Of a DNA stretch of 64,000 nt, positions 1 to 10,153 are shown piece by piece. Each line of letters opens with the position of its first letter. Position 1 is the first letter of the stretch. The notes below the pieces were generated by a model. It saw only the letters and a list, made by a program, of their open reading frames with translations. It was not told the DNA's origin and made no database searches. The position numbers and the translations under genes were made by a program. Source of the DNA: Candidatus Hodarchaeota archaeon (GTDB taxonomy: Archaea; Asgardarchaeota; Lokiarchaeia; Sigyniarchaeales; SOKP01); the NCBI GenBank assembly GCA_048886685.1, contig JBHLKM010000006.1:128001-192000 (forward strand), read 5' to 3'.

Positions 1-53
1 TGTGCTGCAAACTTAGCTAATGAATAGAAAGATTTTTGATTTTTATCTTTCAT
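1..53 (-). CDS. 5' end of a gene running off the window (probable ABC permease partner)
   Basis: Minus strand reads ATG AAA GAT AAA AAT CAA... open to the window edge, with a GAGGT motif upstream, directly after the ABC ATPase gene. Confidence 0.5.
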   Translation of the reverse strand, partial: MKDKNQKSFYSLAKFAA

Positions 54-67
54 AGGCAATTACCTCA

Positions 68-862
68 TTAATTTTTCGCTTTAAAGGAAGCTCTAAGTTT
101 CTTTACTATTTCATTGACTGAAGTATCTTGATCAGTCAATCGTAAGAAAACATCTTCTAGACTTGCACCTATTTTATTAGCTTGTTGACGGAGCTCTTCA
201 ATTGTACCAATTCCTACCATCTTTCCTTTATTAATTATCCCTATTCGGTCACATAATTCTTGGGCAATTTCCATAATATGTGTAGAAAAAAGGACTGTTC
301 CCCCGCTCTGGGTGTGAAGTTCCAAAATGGATTTAACAACTCTTACAGATTTCGCATCAAGACCCGCAATTGGTTCATCTAATATAAGTAAATCTGGTTC
401 ATGAAGTATTGCAGCAATAATTTGTAATTTTTGTTTATTCCCATGAGATAGAGTTGCAATTAATTGATCATAATATTGAATTGCTTCCAGACTTTCCAGA
501 TATTCCTTTGCAAGATTAGTAGTTTTATTTACATCTAAACCTCTAATAGATGCTACAAAATTAAAGAGGTCTCTTGGAGTTAGAGATTTGAAAATCAATG
601 GTTCTTCACTAACATATCCTACACGCTGTTTAATTGCAACTTCATTTCGTTCGGGATTTAATCCAAATATACTCATTTCACCTTCATTTGGTTCAAGTAA
701 TCCTAAAAGGAGTTTTATAGTAGTTGTTTTGCCAGCACCATTAGGTCCCAATAATCCAAAAACCTCTCCCTGATGAACTTTAAATGAGATGTCATCCACC
801 GCTTTTACTTCCCCGAAAAATTTCTTCAAATTTTCAACTATAATTATTTCGTTATTATACAT
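68..862 (-). CDS. ABC transporter ATP-binding protein (ABC-2/multidrug type)
   Basis: Walker A GPNGAGKT, signature-like LSHGNKQK, Walker B LLILDEP, H-loop STH. Confidence 0.95.
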   Translation of the reverse strand: MYNNEIIIVENLKKFFGEVKAVDDISFKVHQGEVFGLLGPNGAGKTTTIKLLLGLLEPNEGEMSIFGLNPERNEVAIKQRVGYVSEEPLIFKSLTPRDLFNFVASIRGLDVNKTTNLAKEYLESLEAIQYYDQLIATLSHGNKQKLQIIAAILHEPDLLILDEPIAGLDAKSVRVVKSILELHTQSGGTVLFSTHIMEIAQELCDRIGIINKGKMVGIGTIEELRQQANKIGASLEDVFLRLTDQDTSVNEIVKKLRASFKAKN

Positions 863-1090
863 ATTTATTCAACAAAATTGATTGCTTCTCATAAATCTTA
901 TCTTTAAAGCTGATCATAATTTAATATATTTGTTTATATATCTACATATATTACTATATTTAAATATTATGGAACTCTAGAAAACTAAGAGAAAAAACAT
1001 TCTATATAGATATTACTAATATTGTATCAGTATATACAGATATATATAAACATGAACTCATCAAGACGTTAGGAGTTTTTTTAGTATAAT

Positions 1091-2026
1091 TCAATCTTTT
1101 TTCTGATTTACAATCACAAATATAGATAAGATTACTAAAAGAATTCCAATTAAATGAAAAATTGTGAAACTCTCACCCAAAATAAGACTAGCAAATATGG
1201 CTGCAGTTATCGGTGTTGGGGCAAATATAGTACTTGCTTTAGAAACATCTAAATAAGAGAGTGTTTTATACCAACACACTAATCCAGAACCATAAACTGC
1301 CCCCATTATTAGATAAAAGAATAAATTGTCGGGATCAGACCATATTCTAATATCTATGGGAAAAAAAATAAGATATGTAATAATTAGAATAGAACCTGAA
1401 AGTAAATTCCTAATAAATACCATTTGGATAGGAGTGGCTTCTTTTTTATTAAAAATAGGTTTTGTCAACGTATGCCCAAACATCCATAAAAAAGAAATTG
1501 CTAATAATATTAGAACTCCGATAAAAATAGTAATATTAAATTCGACAAGTGAAAAAAATTGAGTAATTCCTATTGCTAAACCAAAAAATAATATAAAAGA
1601 AAATAATATTTGTAATTTTGTTATTTTTTCTTTAAGAATCAAGAATCCTAGAAGCATTGAAAAGAATACTGTTGTTTTTTGGGTTAAAGAGCCATTTATA
1701 GCACCAGCCATATCATATCCTATAAAGAAAAAGATTTGATTAACTCCAAAAATGAATCCTATGAAAATTAGTAGCCATAGATTATTTTTCCATCCCTGCA
1801 ATAGAGAAGGAGTACTTATATCATTGACTTGATTATTACCCTTGTTCCTTTTCACCTCTATTAACATCAAAGGAAAAAATAAAGCAGTTTCTACTAAACA
1901 AGTCATAGCAGCAGAGATATGAGCATTTAACATTGAAGGTTTTGAGATGGCAACAACAGGTTGCAATCCTACAAAAATTATCCCTATAAATCCAAATATT
2001 AATCCTTTTTTAGTATTATTAAGCAA
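1091..2026 (-). CDS. EamA/DMT family transporter
   Basis: About 10 hydrophobic segments in two repeats, with LGFLILKEK and ASLILGES motifs typical of EamA. Confidence 0.85.
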   Translation of the reverse strand: MLNNTKKGLIFGFIGIIFVGLQPVVAISKPSMLNAHISAAMTCLVETALFFPLMLIEVKRNKGNNQVNDISTPSLLQGWKNNLWLLIFIGFIFGVNQIFFFIGYDMAGAINGSLTQKTTVFFSMLLGFLILKEKITKLQILFSFILFFGLAIGITQFFSLVEFNITIFIGVLILLAISFLWMFGHTLTKPIFNKKEATPIQMVFIRNLLSGSILIITYLIFFPIDIRIWSDPDNLFFYLIMGAVYGSGLVCWYKTLSYLDVSKASTIFAPTPITAAIFASLILGESFTIFHLIGILLVILSIFVIVNQKKD

Positions 2027-2222
2027 GTTAAATATACAAAGAAGTTTAAGGATTATAAAATTTTAGACTACAGAATTTAGTTCGAATTTTTAATCCCTTC
2101 TGGACGAAATGAAATATCTGTTTAATTAATACACTTCTTATAAAACTTTTTTTACTAGGAAAATTTAAGGAAGATTAAATGAATAAATAGACAAATAGCT
2201 TAAAATTTGGAAGTGTATAAAA

Positions 2223-3044
2223 ATTTCTGAAAATTACGCAATAATAACAAATAACCTCACTAAGAACTTCGGAAATGTTGTGGCTGTTAATAATTTAAAC
2301 TTAAAAATCCCTTATGGCTTAACATTTGGATTACTTGGTCCAAACGGAGCTGGAAAAACTACAACTGTAAGAATGTTAAATTCAATTATTTCACCAACAT
2401 CTGGAACTGCCAAAGTTATCGGTTATGATATTATCTCTCAAAGTCAACAAGTTAAAATCAATTCAGGATTCCTTCCTGAAACACCAGGATTATATCAGAA
2501 ATTAACAGCAAAAGAATTTTTAGAATTTGTTGGGGAGTTATATTATTTACCAAAAGAGATAATTACTAATCGAATAGATGAATTAATTGATCTTTTTGAT
2601 TTGGAAGGCCGTGAAAATGATCTCCTAGAAGGATATAGCAGAGGGATGAAACAAAAAGTGTGTTTATGCGCAGCTTTAATTCAAGATCCAAAAATTATTT
2701 TTTTAGATGAACCAACTTCAAATCTAGATCCTGCAGCATCAAGAATGGTTAAAGATTTAATATCTGATCTTGCTAAGAAAGCAGATAAAACTATCTTTAT
2801 TTGTACTCATCTTCTTGATGCGGCAGAAGAATTATGTGATTTAATAGGAATAATTGATAAGGGAGTAATAAAAGTAGAGGGGAGCCCAAAAGAAATAATA
2901 GAATCAACGCAAACAGAAGATCTGGAGGAAGCATATCTCAAAATAATGGGTGCTACTCGTATTGAAGATTTATTAGCTTGGAGGGAAGAACTTCCGGCAA
3001 ATCTTGAAGATAATAAAAAATCAAAAAAAAAGAAAAGAAACTGA
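2223..3044 (+). CDS. ABC transporter ATP-binding protein; probable ATT start upstream of the tracked GTG (2280)
   Basis: GPNGAGKT, YSRGMKQK, IFLDEP. The in-frame extension ISENYAIITNNLTKNFGNVV supplies the usual first beta strands, and GGAAGTG lies 7 nt upstream of ATT 2223. Confidence 0.9.
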   Translation: MSENYAIITNNLTKNFGNVVAVNNLNLKIPYGLTFGLLGPNGAGKTTTVRMLNSIISPTSGTAKVIGYDIISQSQQVKINSGFLPETPGLYQKLTAKEFLEFVGELYYLPKEIITNRIDELIDLFDLEGRENDLLEGYSRGMKQKVCLCAALIQDPKIIFLDEPTSNLDPAASRMVKDLISDLAKKADKTIFICTHLLDAAEELCDLIGIIDKGVIKVEGSPKEIIESTQTEDLEEAYLKIMGATRIEDLLAWREELPANLEDNKKSKKKKRN

Positions 3045-3054
3045 TAAGATTATA

Positions 3055-4656
3055 ATGGTTCTCTGGAAATCAATAGCTAAGAATGAGATTAGGCTAAGAA
3101 CAAGCCTTTTTCGCAATAACAGAGTATTATTTTTCATTATTTTGTACAGTTTGCTACTAGTTTGGGCCTTTTTTCTGTGTCCAGCTATTTTTAATCTTTT
3201 TATGCCTACCTTAATGGATGTAATAGGTTCAGAAATCTTAAACGCTGTTTCTCTTTTAATTGAATTTGGTATGATGGCTTTATTTCTTTTTGTATTAATT
3301 TATCCGTTAAATACTGTATATAGAAAGACTGAAATTGGTTTTAAAGAAATTTTATTAGCATCTCCAGCTACCTCGGGGGATATATTTTTAGGTGAGTTTG
3401 TTGGAAAATTTCCTATTTATACCGCTATTATCCTAACTATAACACCTTTCATAATAGGTTTGCTGAATCCAATTATTAATCTTAATGCATTCCAATATAT
3501 TATCATATACATATGCATTTTTGTAATGATACTATTTGCTGCTCTACTTGGTTCTATTATTTCATCTTGGCTTGAACACAAAATCGCGAGAAATGAACGT
3601 GCTCGAGATTTAGGTAAGATTCTCATGTTTCTTCTTGCCATCGCAATGGTTGCAATAATTTATACTTTACAGTTTTTATTTAATTTTCTTATAAATAATC
3701 CACAATTAAGGAATTGGGTTAGCTTCTATCCTTCGATATGGTTTTCGAATATAATTTTGTATTTTATAGAACCAAGCCTGATAAACAGCTATATATTAAA
3801 TATATGGTACAGTAGTTTATTTGCTATAACTATTCCCGCCTTCATTCTATATATAGCTTATAAAAAAGCAGAAGGTTTTTTTACAGTAGAAGGTGGTGTT
3901 GAAAAGGTTACTTCTGTAATTGAAACAGAGAATCCATTCTATTTACTGATTAGAAGACTTACAGGTCATAAATGGGAAGGATTAATAATTACTCAATTAA
4001 AAGAATTTTTAAGAAAAAGAGAAACAATTATGAAAATCATTTATGTCTGTGGGATCGTAAGTGTTTTAGGAGTTGTTTTTACCTTTACTATGGGTACAGA
4101 AGAAATATTTGGTCAGTCTATGATTATCGTAATGCTTATTATCATAGGAGGAATTATGTATGGATTACTTTTTGGTAGTTATATTTTTGTTGGAACTAAA
4201 GATTTAATTTGGGTGTATAAAAGGAGTCCTAGGAATGTTCGGACATTAGTCTATTCATACATATTGGCGATGTTAATAATTGATACTCTAATGACATTAG
4301 GACTAACAATTTTCTTTACGATATTTTTTGAATTTAGTTTCTCCACAGTTATATTTTTCTTTGCTTTTTATTTAATCAATAATCAATTAGTAATATTTCA
4401 AGCTATTGGGATTCAGTGTTTAAGTCCCTCATTTGAAGAAAAAGGGCGAGCTATGACTACTAATAATTTAATGCTGATGGTTCTACAAATGGTTCCATTT
4501 CAATTTCTTTTTATGGTACTTATAATCGTTTTTACCCCACCTTCCTCTCCTGATCTTATGAAATTCTACTTTTTAAGTCCTATTTTGTTATTATCAGCAT
4601 CTATTGCTATTCCATTATTAATTTTTGGTATTAATAAAATAAGTAAAATTGAATAG
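3055..4656 (+). CDS. ABC-2 type exporter membrane protein
   Basis: Many TM segments, directly after the ATPase. ATG 3055 (MVLWKSIAKNE) is preferred over the overlapping TTG 3004. Confidence 0.8.
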   Translation: MVLWKSIAKNEIRLRTSLFRNNRVLFFIILYSLLLVWAFFLCPAIFNLFMPTLMDVIGSEILNAVSLLIEFGMMALFLFVLIYPLNTVYRKTEIGFKEILLASPATSGDIFLGEFVGKFPIYTAIILTITPFIIGLLNPIINLNAFQYIIIYICIFVMILFAALLGSIISSWLEHKIARNERARDLGKILMFLLAIAMVAIIYTLQFLFNFLINNPQLRNWVSFYPSIWFSNIILYFIEPSLINSYILNIWYSSLFAITIPAFILYIAYKKAEGFFTVEGGVEKVTSVIETENPFYLLIRRLTGHKWEGLIITQLKEFLRKRETIMKIIYVCGIVSVLGVVFTFTMGTEEIFGQSMIIVMLIIIGGIMYGLLFGSYIFVGTKDLIWVYKRSPRNVRTLVYSYILAMLIIDTLMTLGLTIFFTIFFEFSFSTVIFFFAFYLINNQLVIFQAIGIQCLSPSFEEKGRAMTTNNLMLMVLQMVPFQFLFMVLIIVFTPPSSPDLMKFYFLSPILLLSASIAIPLLIFGINKISKIE

Positions 4657-4694
4657 AAAATTCTGATAATAAAATTTTGAAGCTAAAAGGAAAT

Positions 4695-6512
4695 TTATTT
4701 AGTAAATTGTCCAAACTGTGGAATTGTCTTTAATTGTTCTTTATCAAATATAGGACCATCTTTACAAACAGAAATGTCATTATCTGCACCTATACAACAA
4801 GAACCGCACAATCCTACCCCACATTTCATTTTTCTTTCAAGAGAAGCTTGAATTTCTATGTTTTTTGATTCAGCTAGGTCAAGTACTTTTTTCATCATAA
4901 CTTCTGGTCCGCATGTAATAATTAAATCAATATCATTACTAGCGAGGATGTCTTCAATTGTGTCTGTTACATAACATTTTCTTCCAAAAGAACCATCATC
5001 AGTACTACAAGTCGTATTTGGAATTAGTTCTATCAATCTATCTGCAAAGATTAAAGAGGCTTTATCTTGAGCTCCAATTGTTACAAACACATTTTTTCTA
5101 TTGAGTTTTAATGGTTTTATTAGTGATGTTATAGCTGCTATTCCCATACCTCCTCCGACAATAAGAATATTAGAAGCATCCTCATAATTCCATGAGTTTC
5201 CGAAAGGACCTCTTATCCCAATGCGATCACCTACATTAAGATCAAATAATTTCGCAGTACCTTCACCAATCTTCTGGACTGTAATTTCAATAAGATTCCC
5301 TTCTATATTAGAAATAGACATTGGCAAGAAATCTATATCTGGTAACCATAATATTACAAACATTCCTGGTCTATATGCTCGAGCAATTCTTTCATTCCTG
5401 ATTATAAAGCTTTTGATTTCTGGTGAATGTTCTATGATTGATTCAATTTCTACAATATCGGTTTTATTTCTTGTAATATCTAGTATCAAATCCTTATTAT
5501 CTATTGAAAGGCTTTTTGTCTCAAGAAAACCTTCCTCACAGCATAAATCAATAATTTCTTTTCCTCTTTCAGTTCTAATAATCAGAGTTTTCCAACCATC
5601 TTCACTTCCGATATTGCCCACTGAAATATCTGCAAAAGCAGATGTATAATCAGAACATGAAAAACAGGCACTTCGAATTGATTTCTCGTAAATATAATTT
5701 AATGGAATCTCCTTAATTCTAGAGTTAGTATGGATCTTTAGTTTAAATTTACTTTTGTCTGAATCAATTTTAATTATTTCATTAGTATTAATGTCATGCT
5801 CTTTAAAGCATTCAGTTAAAAGTTGGTTATAATAAGTCCCAAAACAGAAGGTTCCTATTGCCAATGAAATCAAATCATATGCTTCATAATCAAATATTGG
5901 ATGATTCTGTAATTTCCTTAATGCTTGTATTTGGCAAGGAGTGCCCACAACCGCGGTATTTATATATTCATTATTAATCGCTTCTCCTATTAATGATAAT
6001 GTGGGACTCTGGCTCGGTTTATATCCTATACCCTTGAATATCTCTTTTTGATCTTTTGCCACAATAGGAAATGGTACAAAATCTCCATCTTTATCGGTAA
6101 TTATTGCACAATCAATTAAGTTTGCTTTCATTGCGGTGAATAACAATGCGGTAATAGGACCTGCTTCAATAGGAAGGTTTTCCTTGGCTTTATTCGTTAA
6201 TTTTACAGATACTATGTTTAAATAGTGTCCTAATATCTTATCTTGCTCCTTACCAAATACCCATTTATCTAATAATGATACCGGTATTTGATCATTTCCT
6301 GTTTTTGGGCATAAATTGTAGCATAATCCGAACCCATCTCTACAAGTATTCGCATCCTTACATGAACCATCCTCAATAGGAATTTCCTTAGAAGGATCAA
6401 ATTTAATATTAGCACAAAACGCTCCACATGCCCCACAATACACACACTTCCCCGTTTTAATTATTTCAGATTCAAGTTCTTGCCATCCCTTTTTAATTTT
6501 CTCAATATACAT
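4695..6512 (-). CDS. Fusion of an FrhB/FdhB-like F420-binding Fe-S flavoprotein and a PyrK/NfnA-like FAD/NAD(P)-binding [2Fe-2S] domain
   Basis: N-half: CVYCGACGAFC, VGTPCQ, IGTFC, CFSCSD, ADISVG. C-half: PGMFV, IRGPFGN, VGGGMGIA, TDDGS, CGPEVMM, SLERKMKCGVGLCGSC, VCKDGPIF. Confidence 0.9.
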   Translation of the reverse strand: MYIEKIKKGWQELESEIIKTGKCVYCGACGAFCANIKFDPSKEIPIEDGSCKDANTCRDGFGLCYNLCPKTGNDQIPVSLLDKWVFGKEQDKILGHYLNIVSVKLTNKAKENLPIEAGPITALLFTAMKANLIDCAIITDKDGDFVPFPIVAKDQKEIFKGIGYKPSQSPTLSLIGEAINNEYINTAVVGTPCQIQALRKLQNHPIFDYEAYDLISLAIGTFCFGTYYNQLLTECFKEHDINTNEIIKIDSDKSKFKLKIHTNSRIKEIPLNYIYEKSIRSACFSCSDYTSAFADISVGNIGSEDGWKTLIIRTERGKEIIDLCCEEGFLETKSLSIDNKDLILDITRNKTDIVEIESIIEHSPEIKSFIIRNERIARAYRPGMFVILWLPDIDFLPMSISNIEGNLIEITVQKIGEGTAKLFDLNVGDRIGIRGPFGNSWNYEDASNILIVGGGMGIAAITSLIKPLKLNRKNVFVTIGAQDKASLIFADRLIELIPNTTCSTDDGSFGRKCYVTDTIEDILASNDIDLIITCGPEVMMKKVLDLAESKNIEIQASLERKMKCGVGLCGSCCIGADNDISVCKDGPIFDKEQLKTIPQFGQFTK

Positions 6513-6516
6513 AATT

Positions 6517-7113
6517 CTAATTATCCTCCTTTAAGCCTTTAATGAAGTCTTGCGCTTCTTTTTTTCCAAGTTCGAAAGCTTCCAAATTTTTATCTAGCGT
6601 AGAACTGGGTACGAATTTTTTTAAGGTCTCAATCGCAGATTCTTCAGAGATTATTCTTGAGAGGAATGTAAACGCCCCGAATAGGATTGAATTTCCAAAT
6701 ACAATATTCCCAAAATTCTCAACCGCTATTTTTTGAACAGGAATACTTAATGATTTTTGAATATTCTTCACTGCTCTAAATTTTTGAATTGTTGAGGGAT
6801 CCCAAATTAAATATCCCGTATTTTCATCTTTCTTTATAAAATCAGGACTAACTCTTGCAGCAGACTCACCAGAGAGAACTATTAAGAAATCATATGGTCT
6901 TAATGCTTTTGGATAATCGATATTTTCAATATTTTTATCTAATTCTACAACAACTTCCGCCCAGCAGCGACCTCCACGAGCAGAAGCACTGTAAGCTTCT
7001 GTTTGAGTAGCAGCTAAATTTTCATATATGGAAGCAGCAGTAATTATCATTTTTGAGAGAGTAATAACTCCCTGTCCTCCATATCCAGCTATGTGTATTT
7101 CATATCGCACCAT
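6517..7113 (-). CDS. korC: 2-oxoacid:ferredoxin oxidoreductase gamma subunit
   Basis: IAGYGGQGV, YSASARGG, NSILFGA, NLEAFELG motifs; operon context. Confidence 0.9.
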   Translation of the reverse strand: MVRYEIHIAGYGGQGVITLSKMIITAASIYENLAATQTEAYSASARGGRCWAEVVVELDKNIENIDYPKALRPYDFLIVLSGESAARVSPDFIKKDENTGYLIWDPSTIQKFRAVKNIQKSLSIPVQKIAVENFGNIVFGNSILFGAFTFLSRIISEESAIETLKKFVPSSTLDKNLEAFELGKKEAQDFIKGLKEDN

Positions 7114-7116
7114 TTA

Positions 7117-8022
7117 TTACTTTCCCTCCATTGCAATTTTCTTAATCTTAGCATATTCTTCAGAATATTCTGGTTTGTGGGGATCATATCTAAATTCCCC
7201 TATAATATATTTATTTAGTAATTCTTCTTCTGACATGAATTTTGCTTGATTAATTCGAAGACTATTTCTTTTTATCCAATCAATCATAATTCCTGTGTTA
7301 TCCATTTTTTTACCTTGTATCCCCAAATATTCTTCTCCTAGACTATCTAGATTTTTTCTACCAAAATAAGTAACACACGGAGTCACTACTTCAATTATAG
7401 ACGTACCTTTATGCTTTAAGGCTTTTTTAAAATATTTCATCAGTGTACGTGGATGTGCAACTGTAGTTCTTGCGACATATGATGCACCAGCATCTAAAGC
7501 TAATTTTATGCCATCAATTCTATTTTCGAACATCTTATAAGGTGTGGTTGTGCTTGATGCACCATATAATGTTGTTGGGGCACCTTGTCCTCCTGTCATA
7601 CCATATATACTGTTATTAAAAACTAATATAACACAATCAAGGTTTCTGCGGCAAATGTGAATAAAATGATTTCCCCCAATTCCATAACAATCACCATCAC
7701 CAGTAAATACTATAGGTTTTAATTTAGGATTTGCCATTTTCATCCCGGTTGCTATTGGTGGTGCTCGACCGTGAAGTGTTAAAAACTTTTGAGAGGCATG
7801 ATGAACTAGAGTTAATAATTGACTATAACATCCAATCCCGATAATTAATGGGAATGTTTTAGGATCTAATTTTTCATCCTCAAAAACGCGAGTGAAAATA
7901 TGACCTATTATACCATAACCACATCCTGCACAAAATGCGGAGAAATAACCGCCCATTAATTTTCCTCCGAAAGAATATTGAACATACGGATTATCAGGCA
8001 TTTCTGTCGGATACCTTGACAC
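7117..8022 (-). CDS. korB: 2-oxoacid:ferredoxin oxidoreductase beta (TPP-binding) subunit
   Basis: FCAGCG, GIGC, LHGRA, GDGD...NNSIYGMTGGQ, TPCVT. Confidence 0.95.
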   Translation of the reverse strand: MSRYPTEMPDNPYVQYSFGGKLMGGYFSAFCAGCGYGIIGHIFTRVFEDEKLDPKTFPLIIGIGCYSQLLTLVHHASQKFLTLHGRAPPIATGMKMANPKLKPIVFTGDGDCYGIGGNHFIHICRRNLDCVILVFNNSIYGMTGGQGAPTTLYGASSTTTPYKMFENRIDGIKLALDAGASYVARTTVAHPRTLMKYFKKALKHKGTSIIEVVTPCVTYFGRKNLDSLGEEYLGIQGKKMDNTGIMIDWIKRNSLRINQAKFMSEEELLNKYIIGEFRYDPHKPEYSEEYAKIKKIAMEGK

Positions 8023-9194
8023 TATTTAGACACCTCCCTAATAACTCTTAAAATATCGTCGGGATGATGAAACACACCAACTTTGGGAACTTTTACTATC
8101 GGGATTTCGAGATTTGATACTCTTTCTACTTGTTCTGCTATAAATCCAGTATAATTTAATTCTGGTACTATAATCGCTTTAGCATTTTTGATAGCTTCTT
8201 TTACTTTTTCATCATGAAAGGGCCACACTGTTACTAATCTTAAGATTCCAACCTTAATTCCTTCTTTTCGAGCTATATCAACAGCACGATAACTCGTTCT
8301 CACAGGAAGGCCATATGAAATAATAACTATCTCTGCATCGTTTAATTTATATTCTTCGGTTATTGATATTTCATTAATATTGGTTTTTACTTTTTCAATC
8401 AACATTTCCATAAATCCTAACGCGTCACCTGTAGTAATTCCATCAGCATTATGAGGTTGATGAAGAAACATTACTGGACAATGATCTGTTCCTATTATTG
8501 GTGGTTTTGGGATAATATATTTCCCTGTACTGGTATCTTTATAGGAATATTTTCTACTCAAACTTTGAGGTAATTCACGACTAATAACTCTTTTTACTAT
8601 TTCTTCTTTAGGAGGAATATAGACACTTTCATGAAGATGTCCTAAATAGGCATCTGAGATAATAAATACTGGACATCGATAAGTTTCAGCAAAATTAAAT
8701 GCAGTTATTGTTAAATCAAAAAGTTCTTGACAGTTCATTGGTGCTAATGCAATAACTTGAAATTCTCCATGACCTGCAAAGCGGATTAGTCCTATATCGT
8801 TATGATGCGGATCAGTTACAGGTCCAGCACTACCCGGACCTATACGCTGAACATCGCAAAAGACAAATGGAATTTCTAGATTTGCCGCCATAGAAATTGT
8901 TTCTGTCATTAAAGATAATCCTGGTCCGGAAGTTGCTGTCATAGCTTTGGCACCCGCTAATGATGCGCCTATAACTGCGTTTATTGATGCTAATTCATCT
9001 TCCATTTGCATACAACACCCACCAACTTCAGGTAACCGTTTGGCGAGGTGTTCTATAGCCTCAGTAGAAGGTGTTATAGGGTAACCTCCAAAAAAATTCA
9101 AACCTGCAGCTAATGCGCCTTCCGCCATAGCTACATTTCCCATCATTACATGCTTTCCTTCTGATAAAAATCTTTTATCATTATTTATACTCAA
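8022..9194 (-). CDS. korA: 2-oxoacid:ferredoxin oxidoreductase alpha subunit
   Basis: GYPITPS, QMEDE, TATSGPGLSLM, VQRIGP, VPELN. Confidence 0.95.
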   Translation of the reverse strand: MSINNDKRFLSEGKHVMMGNVAMAEGALAAGLNFFGGYPITPSTEAIEHLAKRLPEVGGCCMQMEDELASINAVIGASLAGAKAMTATSGPGLSLMTETISMAANLEIPFVFCDVQRIGPGSAGPVTDPHHNDIGLIRFAGHGEFQVIALAPMNCQELFDLTITAFNFAETYRCPVFIISDAYLGHLHESVYIPPKEEIVKRVISRELPQSLSRKYSYKDTSTGKYIIPKPPIIGTDHCPVMFLHQPHNADGITTGDALGFMEMLIEKVKTNINEISITEEYKLNDAEIVIISYGLPVRTSYRAVDIARKEGIKVGILRLVTVWPFHDEKVKEAIKNAKAIIVPELNYTGFIAEQVERVSNLEIPIVKVPKVGVFHHPDDILRVIREVSK

Positions 9195-9208
9195 TTTTTT
9201 CCACCTCG

Positions 9209-9484
9209 TTAAGTTTTAGCTTTCTCAGTTTGATCGTCCTCTCCCTCTTCTAACACATAAATGCACCAATCGGGACAGCAATATTCACAGCGTCTACATC
9301 CGGTACAGTATTTTTCCTTACCTTCTTTAACTTTAGGAACATAGGCAATTCTATAATTCAGTTCATCACTAAGTTCCAAGATTCCTGTCGGACATACAGC
9401 GACACACGCTCTACAACCACCACATCTATCTTTATTTAAAAAGAGTGAGAATCCTTTTTCATGTTTTTCAATTAATTTTGGAAT
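9209..9484 (-). CDS. korD: 2-oxoacid:ferredoxin oxidoreductase delta subunit (2x[4Fe-4S] ferredoxin), absent from the ORF track
   Basis: Hand translation: (I)PKLIEKHEKGFSLFLNKDRCGGCRACVAVCPTGILELSDELNYRIAYVPKVKEGKEKYCTGCRRCEYCCPDWCIYVLEEGEDDQTEKAKT*. Two CxxCxxCxxxCP motifs; no in-frame ATG/GTG/TTG before the first Cys. Confidence 0.9.
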   Translation of the reverse strand: MPKLIEKHEKGFSLFLNKDRCGGCRACVAVCPTGILELSDELNYRIAYVPKVKEGKEKYCTGCRRCEYCCPDWCIYVLEEGEDDQTEKAKT

Positions 9485-9624
9485 TTTTCATCAACTTTCA
9501 GTTTATTTAATTATTGTAGGAAAATATTTCAATAATTATAAATTTCAATCTAATTTATATTAAGCTTATCTTAAACTTTTCAAATATAGTAAAAAAAGAT
9601 GGAATACTTTTTTCCTGTAAAATC

Positions 9625-10146
9625 TTATTCTCTTAATTCTTCAATAAGTTGGTTTTCTAAACCTCCAACTTTAAGAAGATTTAAAAGAATAGGATGTATT
9701 TTTGTACCTTTGAACTTTATACCCGTAGTCAAATTTATTACTTCTGCATTAGGAATATCAACCTTGACTTCTTCTCCAGTCTTAAAATGTTTAGAAATAT
9801 CATCAATTTCCAATACAGGGAAAGAGAGAGCAAACGAGGATCGATAAAATATTCGAGCAAATGATTCTGCAATTATGGCAACAATTCCTTTTTGTTGGAG
9901 AATTGTTGGCGCTGTTTCTCGACTTGACCCACATCCAAAATACCTTCCCGCTACTATGATATCACCTTCCTTTACCTTACTAGCAAAATCTTTATTTATC
10001 GTTTCACATGTATGTTCTGCCATTTCTTTTGGATCATTGATGTATTGACTAGGCGAAATAGCATCTGTATCTACATTATCCGGAAAAACCCATATATTAC
10101 CTTTTAAAACATCTCTATACTCTCTACCTTTTCTTGAAATTATCAA
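9625..10146 (-). CDS. leuD: 3-isopropylmalate dehydratase/homoaconitase small subunit
   Basis: DNVDTDAISP, YFGCGSSRETA, AESFARIFYR. Confidence 0.9.
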   Translation of the reverse strand: MIISRKGREYRDVLKGNIWVFPDNVDTDAISPSQYINDPKEMAEHTCETINKDFASKVKEGDIIVAGRYFGCGSSRETAPTILQQKGIVAIIAESFARIFYRSSFALSFPVLEIDDISKHFKTGEEVKVDIPNAEVINLTTGIKFKGTKIHPILLNLLKVGGLENQLIEELRE

Positions 10147-10153
10147 TCACCTT

